A stretch of 64,000 nucleotides of DNA from Caecitellus pseudoparvulus (lineage: Eukaryota > Protista > Bigyra: Bicosoecida), in contig CBFFRQ010000069.1 of assembly GCA_965644315.1 (NCBI GenBank), positions 1,116,001 to 1,180,000 of the forward strand, written 5' to 3'. The first letter of the stretch is position 1. Every line of letters begins with the position of its first letter. The notes beneath the pieces are model-generated. The model saw only the letters and a list, made by a program, of their open reading frames with translations. It did not search any database and was not told where the DNA came from. This document shows positions 12,201-18,994 of the stretch, in pieces. The position numbers and the translations under genes are program-made.

Positions 12201-15200
12201 CTGCCTCAATCTCTGTGCCTGCAGAAGGGCAGGAGTCGAAGTCTGCGCCTTCAGGTGCAGCGGTGAGTTTGGAGGATGGTTCCAACAGCGACAGTGATGG
12301 TGATGTGGTGGTTGTGGAAGATGGCACTGCGCACCTTTTGACGGCAACGGACGATGCTGCAATGATCAGTGCGACCAAGAAGGACTCGCAAGAGGCGACG
12401 GGCCAGTGGACAAATGTCGCTGAGGCCGTGCTCGCTCGCAGGTCGGGGCTGGTTGGTGACGTCACACGCATGGACGTCGCCGACATGGACCTCGTGAACG
12501 TGCTGGAGTCTTTGGAGTCGCACCAGGATGCGCTGTCCGCGGGCTTCCTGGACCAAGAGCGGCAGGCGCGTGTGGTGGAGAAGACTATCCACTCTGAGGC
12601 TGACAGCATCAAACGCATGCTTGGCACGGCTGCTTACGAGCGGCAGATGCGGGATGCGCTGTATACTCCAGAAGACGACGCTGTGCGAGTCGCTGCTGCA
12701 AAGCGGGTCATGGCAGAGCTTCGCAGGCAAGATGGCTTCCAGGGTGCATTGGCGAAGGCGCAGAGCCGTTTGCTGGATGCTCTGCTGGAGCTGACCGACC
12801 AGTTGAAGCCAGGTGCTGTTCAGCTCGCTGAGGTTTCAGTTGACCAGCTGAGGGCCGATGAGGTACAGCTGTCACACGAAGATGAAGATGGAGCACGGAT
12901 TGTCGTGGATTTGAACGGCGATAGTGTCATTGGTGCAGTGCGGGATGGAGTCATGAAGCTGCAAGCGGCAGTGGACCAATGCGCTAAACTGGTGGACGAT
13001 GACCGTGTTCGGGCCGCTGGTGACGCACCCATGTGGCGCCTGGTTTCTGCCTTGGGTCTTGGCAATGCTCGCGCCGTCAGCAGCGCCCTGGAGGGTGCAC
13101 GTGCAGGAGAAGAGAACCTAGCGGAAACCCTCCGCAGACTGATGGAGTCCTTGGAACCATTTGCCGACACAGCCCCTGGCCTCCAGACGGAGTTGCACGC
13201 AACAGTGTCCGAGTTCGGCCGCCTGCTTGCCGGGACAACCCACGTACCAAGCGTAGCCGATCTCATCCACATTCGTGCACGCAGGGCCCAGCACGCAGCC
13301 GCTACGGCAGGCTCGCGCCGGACATCCATCTCTTCAACCACCTCTCAGAGTGGCACGAGGCGGCCCAGTCTTGCTATTCCACAGGAGCCGGACTTTGCTC
13401 TCGGACCGGAGCTTGGCAGCGACGATGAGGGTGGCATGCGCAACCCTCTTGAAGCTGACGATGGCGAAGCTGCGTCTGGGAGCGCTTCTTCACCAGGCAG
13501 CTCACGTCGCTCCGTTTCCAAGTTTGACGTGGAGGCATCGGAGCTCATCGATCGCTCTGAAGTTCAGTGGCTGGACCAAGAAGAGTATGTGCAGGAGATT
13601 GACAGTTCGAGCAAGCGTGTCGCATCCCGCCTTCGTCTGCTGTACACCGACCTTGCCCACGTGCTGAGTATGTTGTATGCCCAGGTTCCTAAGATGCACG
13701 ATGATTGCATGGACCTGTTGGTTTCGGTGCGAAAGCATCAAGCGAGTCTCCGTGATGAGTTGCATGACTTCGTGGAAAGCCAAGCCGGCACAGCAGGCGA
13801 TGTGGCCGACGAGGATGAGCCTGGTCTTGGAGACGACGACTTGCTCAAGTATCTTCAGCAGCTTGACCACGTGTTGCACGGGCACGTTGTTCTGAAGGAC
13901 GGGAATGTCGCGTCTACGGATGGCATTGTGCCGCTCAAGACGGCGGCAGCCCTGCTTGGTCGGGAGCAGACCTCCACATCGTCCACTCGCCAACCCGATG
14001 CTGGTGGCGCCGGCGAAATTTTCGGTGCTGATGAAGGCATCGAAGCCGTCGACTCTGGCGATGAAGATAGCGATGGGGAAACTGAGAAGGATTCCAGTGC
14101 TCAGTCGGCAGCTGGTTCTACGCGTAACGCAGGCATGGCGGCTGTGTCCTCTGCCATGGAAGCTGTTGTGGACAGGGAGAGTTCTAAGAGGGAGGATGTG
14201 GTGCGAAAGGCTCTTGAAGGTGTGGATGACATGGAGAAGTCTTCCCGCCGTGCCTCTATCGCCGACACAGCCGCGGAGGACGCTGAGGGGCTTGCAGAGG
14301 CTGTGGGCATGACAGCAGCAGACGCCTCACGACTGGCAGCCGTGGCAGAAGCAGATGCAAAGGCTGCTGCAGATGCCGTGGAAGCTGATGCAGAGCGTGC
14401 TCGAGAAGACCTTGAACTGGAGCTGAGGGAGCAGCGCCTGGAAGCCATAGAACGGAAGGCCAAGCAAGCTCAGCTTGGCGTTGTTGCGGAGATGGAGGAA
14501 GAAGTGGCGAAGGCCGCAACTGCCAAGGCTGACGCATTGGAAGCTGAGCGCCAAGCAGCTGACGCTGAGTTCAGGGAGGAGCAGCAAGATATGCGCACTG
14601 CCATGGCAAAGCGGCAGGAGGAGGCTGCAGCAGCACGTGAAAGCCGGCTTGCTGAGCTGAGGGGGCAGTTGGCTGCAGCTCAGACAGCAGCCAGCACAGG
14701 TGCTGAAGGAGCGCTTGAGACCGCCAAGGCTGCAGCTGCTGCCGCGGCAGAGCTGGAGGCTACACAGGAGCGAGAAGAAGCTTTGGCTGAGGCCAAGGCT
14801 GCCGTGGAGGCTTCAAGTGCAGACGCCAACGCAGAGCTGGAGGCCCTGGCCGCAGCTCACCAGGCGCGCATGGTGGAGCTGGAAGAATCCCTCGCGGCAG
14901 AGGCTGCCGCAGCGCGGAAAGCCCTCACGGCAGAACTGTCGGAGAAGAGGGACCAGCAAGAGGCCGAGCTGGAGGCTAGGCAGCAGGCAGAGCTGGAAGC
15001 TGCAGTGGACGCTGCTGCACGGGAGGCTCTTGTGCGCGGCCACGCGGAGGAACGAGCAAGCCTGCTTGCGCAGTTGGCGGAAGAGGAAGCTCGGAAGGCT
15101 AGCAGCCTGGAAGCACGCTTGAAGGCGGCAGGGAAAGACACGGAAACAAAACGAGCAGCCTTGCTCAAACAACATGAGGAAGAAGTTCTGAAGGTCGACC

Positions 15201-18200
15201 AGCGGGCATCTGCGAACCGAGACAAGCAGCGCGCGAAATTGGAACGCCAGCTGGAGGCGCGACGCAACCGGCGGGCTGTCGCCAAAGCCAAGAAGCGGGA
15301 GGAGGAGATCGCCAAGGCTGAAGCTGATGCTGCTGCCGCTGAAGCTCGGGGTGATCTTGAGGCCGCAGAGCGCATTCGGGCCACCATCCGAGCCATCCAT
15401 GGGGCGCAAGATGCTGCCGCCCCAGCAGATGCAGAGACCCACGCGGCAGCATTGGCAGCTGCTGAAAAGGCGGCAGCGGACGCCTCTGCTTCTGCTTTCC
15501 AGCGGGAAGCAAAGATCGCCTCGGCGAATGCCCGCGCAGACCAGGCGGTCGCTGAAGTCATGAGGGGCCTGGAGAGCATGCGACAGCAAGGTGAGGCAGA
15601 GCTGCTCTCAGGAAACCGCGAGAAGGCGGCGCGGAAGGAGGAGATGATTGCCGCCCGGCTGGCGACGCAGGTTGCCGCGGCAGGCGAGGACTCAGCTGCT
15701 GCGGCTGCTGCTCGGGCGAAAGCGGCAGAAGATCTCCGTGCCCACCGCTCCAGGTTGCTGCAAGAGCTTGAACATGAGCGTGAGGTGCTGAGCACCAAGA
15801 TGGCTGCGGCGGAGGCTGAAGCGGCGGCGCAGGTGAAGCTCATTCGGGCGAAGCAGGCCGATGAAGTTGCGGCTCTGCAGCTGGGCTTCTCTCAAGCGCT
15901 TGGCAAAGCCTTGAAGGGTGTGCAGTCTGAGGCTGAGCAAAAGGCTGCCTCGGCACAGGACCGCTTGGCCGATCGGCGCATGGCGCGTCTGCACGCCATC
16001 ATGGCCAAAGCCGAAGCACAGCGTGTCGCCATTCAGAGTGACAGGGAAAAGGCTGCTTCTGCGCTGGCTTCCAGGCTGCAGGCTCAGGCAGCATCAGCTG
16101 CAGACTGGGAGGCTGACTTGCTTGCCAAGGTAGCCAGCGTCTCTGGCGGTGGTGTGGGTGCTGGCGGCAGCAGTGTGGCCATGGACGCTGTCGCAGCCGC
16201 CAGGGCTGCTGCGCTGGAAGCCGAGAATGAGGCAGAGCGCCTTCGCCTTGCGGCGGAGCAGGCTGCGGAGCGGCAGCGGCTTGAAGATGAGGCTGAGGCC
16301 GCAGCTGCGACAGCCCGCCAAGCAGCAGCAGAGGCGGCAGCTGCCGAGCAAGCACGGCTGCTTGATGCCAAGCGTGCAGAGCAAGCTGCTGCTTTGGCGC
16401 GTGCCCGGGGGTCCGCGGAGGAGCTGGAGCGCATCAAGGCAGCCCAAGAATCAGAGATGGCCGAGTACTCTGCCGCTATGTCTGCCAACAAGGCTGACCA
16501 GCTCGCCCGCACCAATGCCAAGCTCGAAGCTCGCCGAGCACGAAAACGCCGTGCGTTGGAGCGGAAGCAAGAGGAGGAGCGCAGGGCGGCAGAGGCAGCG
16601 CACGGGCGTGCAGTCGCCGGAGTGGAGGCGCAAGCTGCTGCCGCCCGCGAGAAAGAAGCCCTTGCAGCGGTGCTGGCAGACGGATCCATTGGCCCAGACC
16701 GCAAGGCAGATGCGATTGAGGCTGTGCTCGGCGAGCGCCACACGCGTGAGACAGCAGAGTTGCTGGCAGCGCAGTATGCTGAGCGCCAAGCCCGCCGAAA
16801 AGCCTTGCTGGAGACTTTGTACGAAGAGAAGCGCGGTGACATCGCTGAAGCAGTGTCTGACTTGCGGGCCCAAGGGGCGTCAGATGAGGACATCCAGGCT
16901 GCAGAAGCGGCCATCTCCGACGCCTTCACGCAGAAAATCGCCGCAGCGGAAGCAGAGCTGGATGCGGAGCTGAGTGGTAAGCATTCTGGCGAAAAGATTG
17001 AATTGCGCCAGCGGCAGCTCGCAGAAGTCTCTGATGCCTTCTCGTCCCTTGCACCGGAAGACATTCTGCGACGGCATGAGATGCAGGCGGAGGCGGAGGA
17101 GGCGGAAGAACTTGCAAGCTTCCAGCGGGAGATGGAGGCCCAGAAGGAAGCCCGGCTTGCAGAGCTCAAGGCTGAACAAGAGGCAGAGGAGGCGATGTGG
17201 CGGGAAGAGCAAGAAGCAGCCATGCGCGCGCTGGAGGAGGAGCACGAGCAGCTGCTTGCGCGGCAACAAGAGTCGGCAGCCAGGCAGCGCCGACATGCCG
17301 AAGAAGTTGCGGCCAAGGAGGAGGCTGAAGCGCGTGCCGCGGCCGCTCAAGCAGAAGGGGCGTCTGAAGAGGAGCGGGAGCGCATCATGGCCGCCTACAA
17401 GGAGGATGCCTTGCGTCGAGCCACAGCAGAGGAAGACGAACGGGGCAGGCAGGAGGCAGCCATGAAGGCGCGCCTGGCAAAGCGGCGCGCAGCCAAGCAA
17501 GCCAAGTTGCAGGCGAAGATGGAGGCCAAGCGCAAAGCCATGGCTGAGGCTGGGGCAGCCAAGTTTGCCCAGGCAGTCTCCACCGTTCGCACGAACATGG
17601 GGCGCACAATGTCGAACCTTGCGGAGCGCGCCAAACGCCGGTCCATGGCTTCCATGGCTCGGCTGGTGCCGGGGGCTCCTGGCAAGTCAGCGTTGCGGGG
17701 GCGCAGAGGCTCGATGGGGGGCAGGCTGTCCGCAAGAGCATCCGTGGCTGGGCTGGGGTCAGCCCGCACAAGCGCGCGACTTGCAGCCGCCGCATCCATG
17801 CGGCAGGCACCCGGCAGCACCCCGCTTGCAGCCAAGTATGCTGCTGCCAAGGTGGATGTCGGTGCTTTGATGGGGCGGGTGGACAAACTGGAGCAGGCCC
17901 TCTCTGCCATTGCCGCTCGTCCCAACTCCTTGTTCACGCCTGGAGCAGTGCCGGCGGGGGGCGCCGAAGGGGGGCCTCCTGGTGGCGCGCCACTCTCCAG
18001 TCGCAGCGTCATGTCTGCGCGGCAAAACACAGAGAGTATCATGGCCCTCATGCCAGAGGCGGTCGCTACGGCAGTCATGAGCGTCAAGAAGGGTGTGGCT
18101 GACTTCGCACCTGCTCGCGAAGACGGTGTGCTACAGATCGTGCACGACGAATCCGGCAGCCTGAACCACAGGCAAGTACAGCACCTGGGCTTTGCTCGAA

Positions 18201-18805
18201 CGCTCGTAACACTAGCTGGCATGGACACCAATAGCTTGGGTGATGAGGGCATTTCTCTGCTGCCCGCCCGGGCATTCCCCTCGTCCATGTCTGCCGCCAA
18301 CACGTTCCGCAGCCAGTACTTTTTCGACCACTCTCGCCGCCCACGTCGCCTGTACGTCCGGACGGCAGCACTTGACCGAGTCTCCACTCTGTACTCCAAC
18401 ATGAACCACCTCCTTGCTGTTATCCAGCACTCGCCAGAAGACCTGTCTCAAGACAGCTCCCCAGAGGTCATTGCCACATTGAATCGCCATCTGCTCTTGG
18501 CAGGGCAGCAGTTGTTCAAGTCCATGGCGCAAGCATCAGGGGGTGACTTCGAGCAGTGGGCAGCAGCTGGAGCTCCCGCAGCCAGTGCAGGGGTCCCACC
18601 GACTGGATCTGCAGCACGCCCGCCCACTGCCGCAACGCAGAGCCTTGCGCTGCCGCTGTCTGGCCTCAAGAACACATTCAGCAAAGGCACGCCTTCCGCC
18701 CGCGCTGTAGCAGGCGAGGGGCTTGGGGAGGAGTTCAGCCCGGAAAGCATGGCCGATCGCTTGGCAGCTTACAAAGCCGCTGTCTCGCACAAGCGCAAGG
18801 TTTGA
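2..18805 (+). CDS. Giant type I membrane protein (5'-truncated, >=6267 aa): Calx-beta-like domain, GCC2/GCC3 (ephrin-receptor-like/TNFR-like) Cys-rich repeat array, juxtamembrane globular domain, single TM, long cytoplasmic coiled coil
   Basis: The frame of ORF 269..18805 is open back to base 2 (GATGLTFNGNAAGAFSLTFTSGNWNTPQTVTVASADD...), so the GTG at 269 is not the start. CPxGxYC/CPxGT repeats run to ~10870. TM segment MALAISLSFLVLVLALVAGFAYF at ~11996-12065, followed by an A/E/R/K-rich helical tail. TGA at 18803-18805. Confidence 0.9.
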   Translation, partial: GATGLTFNGNAAGAFSLTFTSGNWNTPQTVTVASADDNVDSSGGTGSYTASLTVSASSADSFYNSATISPGTGITATVFEDESTTPCTRVCAPGQFAPTGVAGDEQLCLPCPQGSFCPGGDCSVTPSACAAGRYADTFGASAAGDCPTCSAGRYTAATGATACTVCSAGNQCPSTTSAGTACPAGTFSLAGADSCTPCADGFYNTGTGQTTCTECPSASFCPTTAKDSAPTACPAGRFSTSGQTACSECAPGKSCFAGAPTTAVCPAGTFADGGDTQHCIGCPIGMVCEAPGSAPTPCPAGKFSAGTAATCTACPSGRYQTSAGQGSCALCPDGSSCLDPASAPTTCPAGRYAEAGDGYCRACDYLGGQYQPATGQSTCASCPAGDECVSSQGTAAVACPAGSVSGSGVGVCTQCAIGRRVNGASTNCPLCREGRKCPSPQVGEVDCEVGTFANGDGVRTVCTPCPVGEECGSTRLNMGTACTAGRYAPVAGMSACLDCPEGHSCPNVMSATPCPEGRYSPAGDSTCTNCAAGSYCPDPASGAIACPAGTYSAAGSVACSTCPAGSSCSGTGTTACATGRYSLAGESTCTACPVGFECPTTTMPPRRCSQGYYADSTLSTTCTICTAGSFCLDPTVDPASSLCPAGTYSFQGQVACTQCPAGYQCPSTDATITAPSPCPNGRYSAAGVATCTATSPDSAPDPRVVLAASCGDGEVLTSDGRRCEPCPGGSRCPDSTTTVACAAGQISAPGQVACTPCPAGFECPFSDGQHIVPCLPGTFSPSGDSTCQTCTGDQECPTMLTATGGAAGCPRGTGQIGPDGRVRCLDCPPGFLCRAIAGDTFSLVPCTAGRYRAESEDAGREAENIADGVSQCPQCPSGFACPRPDQPPKRCPAGRFSPAGATSCTLCPAGSFCDEGATAATQCFQGSWSAAGSAVCAFCTPGYDCNSRGNTSPTGAGVLGTNLFFLAEGQDILTADANQVRCPAGTFSKPSGYRVFASSETACQPCPAGEYCLVDAGDLGTNRFVCPAGHFCPKGTSSATAHPCPAGRYNPATGSVSLHACLPCPSGSICGAGAAAVSPCAAGFLCPPYSTADTMVPCPPGKFGSATNLATEGGCSVCPAGSYCEGYGTSTATACPAGTYNPVQRATSRGACLRCDPGTVCTTTGLDAPDGACDPGHYCPPGSISPSALECPAGRYYPGTDAARAEDCTVCPPGSSCAAGATAVAACGAGYFCPEGTGDPSTLEFACPPGRFSAATSNTQASDCTECTIGSYCTGGQAAVDGPCPAGHFCPAGTGNFSVTPCAAGSFIGSTGSTVQGDCTPCTQGHYCPEGSTAPTQCPAGTFANITAVQDFNRTGAGLAGAECGVCPGGFRCTAGSIDPVACLVGEYSAPGAEACTPCLFGHFCDSTGISAEVMGRDKRCPAGLHCPTGTDHVPVSPADDCPLGNFCPEGAGAEPRDPYPVPCPPGLFANETGHPVCDPCPRGTYCLEGATDPTGLCAPGYYCPINSTRSTEEPCPGGTYMPTSGAQQVSDCLTCPAGSICPPGTSDPLLPANIAPVGYYSDAGQAIPTPCPPGRFGNVSGAAVVTDCPECDPGKYCDTAGLTTPAGDCDPGFFCTLGSPTAQPAFNGPITFLRVSPVYGDICPVGAYCPAGTDVPLACPVGTFMNETKKSSPDDCVPCTAGSFCAGASAQGVTGPCAEGYFCTGGAINATQFEAGMGQYAPEGSSLPLECDVGTFNNLTAQGSCFPCRAGEYCPSASMSDGIDCPLGQYCPAGSESPTPCPPGKYGNATRGEAEWQVCTDCDIGKYCATQGLTTPTGDCDAGYLCAAGSNVSQPEENRCPPGNYCPVGSTAAQPCPAGRYTDPRETGLESAADCHACPPGQFCLGGTAGTDGPCSAGYFCLGASDTPTPPAGATGDECPVGFICPAGSSSPDACPAGTYQNNTQQSSCITCPPGLYCPDLGTVHPLECPAGHFCLAGTQGDWVPCSNGTFNPLQGQGSPDACLACSAGRYCPSQGMTAAGPLCAEGHVCPDPAGSALGAFNPLGGNALTGDAHRCPAGFYCGVGTSDPVPCPIGRYSPALGAANISDCLFCDEGYFCNVTNMTAPAGPCDAGHFCRRGVNTSAPAYGVTSSSGQDFGGDVCPPGHYCPVGTVEPLPCAEGTFNDAEGRADPCPVCPAGYWCSFAASNFTGTSVSGPCPAGHWCPAGTSDPTAEPCPAGTFRLLQGAVAESDCQLCTAGSYCEGVGNIVPDGLCDPGYFCGNGSDSSTPSQLFGLGQGDICRPGEICPAGSENATLCPAGSFCANYSRGLTSGDGLCAAGYFCNNGSWSEAPTGQLTRYGEPMGDICPAGHYCPAGTWMPIECPAGTVAIENGSSSLADCQACPPGSFCPTPATLTPLSQCAAGHFCPAGSTSATQVTCPPGHSCQAGDWEATPCTNGSFQALAGQSTCDVCPAGSFCPVGTIVPFPCPPGSFCPEGSWAALNHLCPAGTFSNATGLASQDQCSACPPGSFCAGAGLTEPSGDCEAGHFCLGNATVPAPNAGDCAPGFTCPLNVSDPNPDSCVGSLCPPGYYCPGGSPSALPCPRGRWSAEEGLQAVGQCSICPPGFFCSQEAQTSPITSPCTAGFFCPGGDGAATMPCPAGNRCPTGSAEPQACPLGTYMPNTQSATCDPCPAGATCGVGTVLPDACPAGFFCTGGAVVGTEEPCPPGTYQPSLNQTSSAACLACPAGQYCADSGLRAPTGPCAAGFVCSGGSQVPNPTAASGNGYVCPAGHYCPLGSSTEQACPAGTFTPPESVGGVGPVHCLPCTAGFVCPSSAQTTASQPCPAGSFCPAGTSSAASAIPCPPGHFCSGGNAVPQPCAEGTAQANSGGTACAACPAGQVCNSQGMVSGTPCPAGYFCSGGSVSGFETPCPAGTFSASTGLSSASACTVCPAGQYCDVPALTAPAGPCWAGHFCAGGAVVPNPTDGTTGDRCAAGYVCVEGSTTNSPGAGSVDGYPCPAGSFCEAGVAVQAACGPGLYQPASGQSSCLPCPAGGYCAGNSSTPEPCPDRYFCPEGSTAPTLCPPGTIGNGTGLSAAADCAPCPAGQFCVDGTPSGPCAAGYVCEGGASVPNPAGAICPEGSYCVSGTTSAVLCPAGTFRDSPGARSADECGPCPQGSLCSDNTTVPVPCSRGFYCPAGSPPVPCPLGTYNLQLSAWSMQNCTACPPGFDCNATGIGNLTSAEFGCPAGSYCPLGTGGTPIPCAEGTFRGTPGAGAPADCPACPPGFTCGPGTVVPTQCPAGFHCPLGSQLPRLCAAGTFCPPGSAAEIPCTAGFFCPTNGTHTPTPCAATFNTSAGDAAPYCPVGSQYPLVCPAGTRGISLEPSVNETGGVIAGVFTDTVTGESLTTLTAGFDVTAVGLSKDATCRPCPAGTYSAEPSSRQCLPCPAGFVCLGGTSSASPRSATAHAGYPCPRGSFCPEGSAIEQPCPVGSFNGLTGQPSNSSCLLCSPGTFNGEEGQASCRPCSASSSSRAGATTCQCEALNRIFQPSDGWCVCDAFHEFFDESFVRRSEEDGTEPCQPQVYDVCFQGEARQSDTGKCLDMDTACAGQCESGQGTYDGRTGLCDCADQTPLREICDAACQLTAPRMRLDATTGLLRMETLVSVGPTESQNVYNTTLLRMEDVPGFLTDGLVCVDGLADGLNTQDPATAERFIVTQLSEAELQAAASSNAGACTVQSVIMTEQGFTGQYGTSPRVLDTLTDAYTLPVAAFNSSGAANSSTARRLLSGDEEGPLSPLLDLDNTVRMSLALQGLLRSDTALAPSAAARYLLGLQQLPLHLAHARIAVPRSVMEALPLDAWQGAEVASLPTQSRRRRLQRPTSAAAFTDSPLVANPLMCIRLGDSVMWDLRGGDSNYPVYLKDSLLNTNPSFDYGRFRRLSTAMKSTANVTSFGYSFTEPGTYVFGNAGNPSHKLIVTVMESGSTCPTEGPIEPMRVERVNQVGARRNDDVFLEINRSMALAISLSFLVLVLALVAGFAYFHTLPWEESNLGRVTYRDKGRTSSILALHKTTAAAATQAERDASKGAASISVPAEGQESKSAPSGAAVSLEDGSNSDSDGDVVVVEDGTAHLLTATDDAAMISATKKDSQEATGQWTNVAEAVLARRSGLVGDVTRMDVADMDLVNVLESLESHQDALSAGFLDQERQARVVEKTIHSEADSIKRMLGTAAYERQMRDALYTPEDDAVRVAAAKRVMAELRRQDGFQGALAKAQSRLLDALLELTDQLKPGAVQLAEVSVDQLRADEVQLSHEDEDGARIVVDLNGDSVIGAVRDGVMKLQAAVDQCAKLVDDDRVRAAGDAPMWRLVSALGLGNARAVSSALEGARAGEENLAETLRRLMESLEPFADTAPGLQTELHATVSEFGRLLAGTTHVPSVADLIHIRARRAQHAAATAGSRRTSISSTTSQSGTRRPSLAIPQEPDFALGPELGSDDEGGMRNPLEADDGEAASGSASSPGSSRRSVSKFDVEASELIDRSEVQWLDQEEYVQEIDSSSKRVASRLRLLYTDLAHVLSMLYAQVPKMHDDCMDLLVSVRKHQASLRDELHDFVESQAGTAGDVADEDEPGLGDDDLLKYLQQLDHVLHGHVVLKDGNVASTDGIVPLKTAAALLGREQTSTSSTRQPDAGGAGEIFGADEGIEAVDSGDEDSDGETEKDSSAQSAAGSTRNAGMAAVSSAMEAVVDRESSKREDVVRKALEGVDDMEKSSRRASIADTAAEDAEGLAEAVGMTAADASRLAAVAEADAKAAADAVEADAERAREDLELELREQRLEAIERKAKQAQLGVVAEMEEEVAKAATAKADALEAERQAADAEFREEQQDMRTAMAKRQEEAAAARESRLAELRGQLAAAQTAASTGAEGALETAKAAAAAAAELEATQEREEALAEAKAAVEASSADANAELEALAAAHQARMVELEESLAAEAAAARKALTAELSEKRDQQEAELEARQQAELEAAVDAAAREALVRGHAEERASLLAQLAEEEARKASSLEARLKAAGKDTETKRAALLKQHEEEVLKVDQRASANRDKQRAKLERQLEARRNRRAVAKAKKREEEIAKAEADAAAAEARGDLEAAERIRATIRAIHGAQDAAAPADAETHAAALAAAEKAAADASASAFQREAKIASANARADQAVAEVMRGLESMRQQGEAELLSGNREKAARKEEMIAARLATQVAAAGEDSAAAAAARAKAAEDLRAHRSRLLQELEHEREVLSTKMAAAEAEAAAQVKLIRAKQADEVAALQLGFSQALGKALKGVQSEAEQKAASAQDRLADRRMARLHAIMAKAEAQRVAIQSDREKAASALASRLQAQAASAADWEADLLAKVASVSGGGVGAGGSSVAMDAVAAARAAALEAENEAERLRLAAEQAAERQRLEDEAEAAAATARQAAAEAAAAEQARLLDAKRAEQAAALARARGSAEELERIKAAQESEMAEYSAAMSANKADQLARTNAKLEARRARKRRALERKQEEERRAAEAAHGRAVAGVEAQAAAAREKEALAAVLADGSIGPDRKADAIEAVLGERHTRETAELLAAQYAERQARRKALLETLYEEKRGDIAEAVSDLRAQGASDEDIQAAEAAISDAFTQKIAAAEAELDAELSGKHSGEKIELRQRQLAEVSDAFSSLAPEDILRRHEMQAEAEEAEELASFQREMEAQKEARLAELKAEQEAEEAMWREEQEAAMRALEEEHEQLLARQQESAARQRRHAEEVAAKEEAEARAAAAQAEGASEEERERIMAAYKEDALRRATAEEDERGRQEAAMKARLAKRRAAKQAKLQAKMEAKRKAMAEAGAAKFAQAVSTVRTNMGRTMSNLAERAKRRSMASMARLVPGAPGKSALRGRRGSMGGRLSARASVAGLGSARTSARLAAAASMRQAPGSTPLAAKYAAAKVDVGALMGRVDKLEQALSAIAARPNSLFTPGAVPAGGAEGGPPGGAPLSSRSVMSARQNTESIMALMPEAVATAVMSVKKGVADFAPAREDGVLQIVHDESGSLNHRQVQHLGFARTLVTLAGMDTNSLGDEGISLLPARAFPSSMSAANTFRSQYFFDHSRRPRRLYVRTAALDRVSTLYSNMNHLLAVIQHSPEDLSQDSSPEVIATLNRHLLLAGQQLFKSMAQASGGDFEQWAAAGAPAASAGVPPTGSAARPPTAATQSLALPLSGLKNTFSKGTPSARAVAGEGLGEEFSPESMADRLAAYKAAVSHKRKV
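257..10870 (+). repeat. Protein-level tandem array of Cys-rich GCC2/GCC3 (ephrin-receptor-like) repeats, ~3500 aa
   Basis: Recurring CPxGx(Y/F)CPxG...PxxCPxGT...CxxC units, diverged at DNA level, with many N-x-S/T sequons. Confidence 0.9.
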
Positions 18806-18973
18806 TGCAGGCATTCGAGCCTGACACAATGCAGAAAGGGAAGCCTGCTGCCGGGCACATCCCACACGACTGACCGACGCAGTCTTGACAGCTTCACTTC
18901 GAAGGTAGAGTTTGGCCTTGACTCTGGAAACGCTATCGCGCTCGTGGTAGACCAGCGTTTCCACTGGTAGAGT

Positions 18974-18993
18974 GAAACGCCACGAAACGCCAC
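18974..18993 (+). repeat. 10-bp direct repeat GAAACGCCAC x2 immediately before the USE1 ATG
   Basis: Sequence gaaacgccac-gaaacgccac-a-ATG. Function unknown. Confidence 0.6.
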
Positions 18994-18994
18994 A

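Noticed and set aside
165-18750. Overlapping alternative-frame and antisense ORFs within the Cys-rich giant (e.g. 2148..3785, 16084..17316)
   Set aside because: Expected in GC-rich repetitive coding DNA; low-complexity products without independent support.
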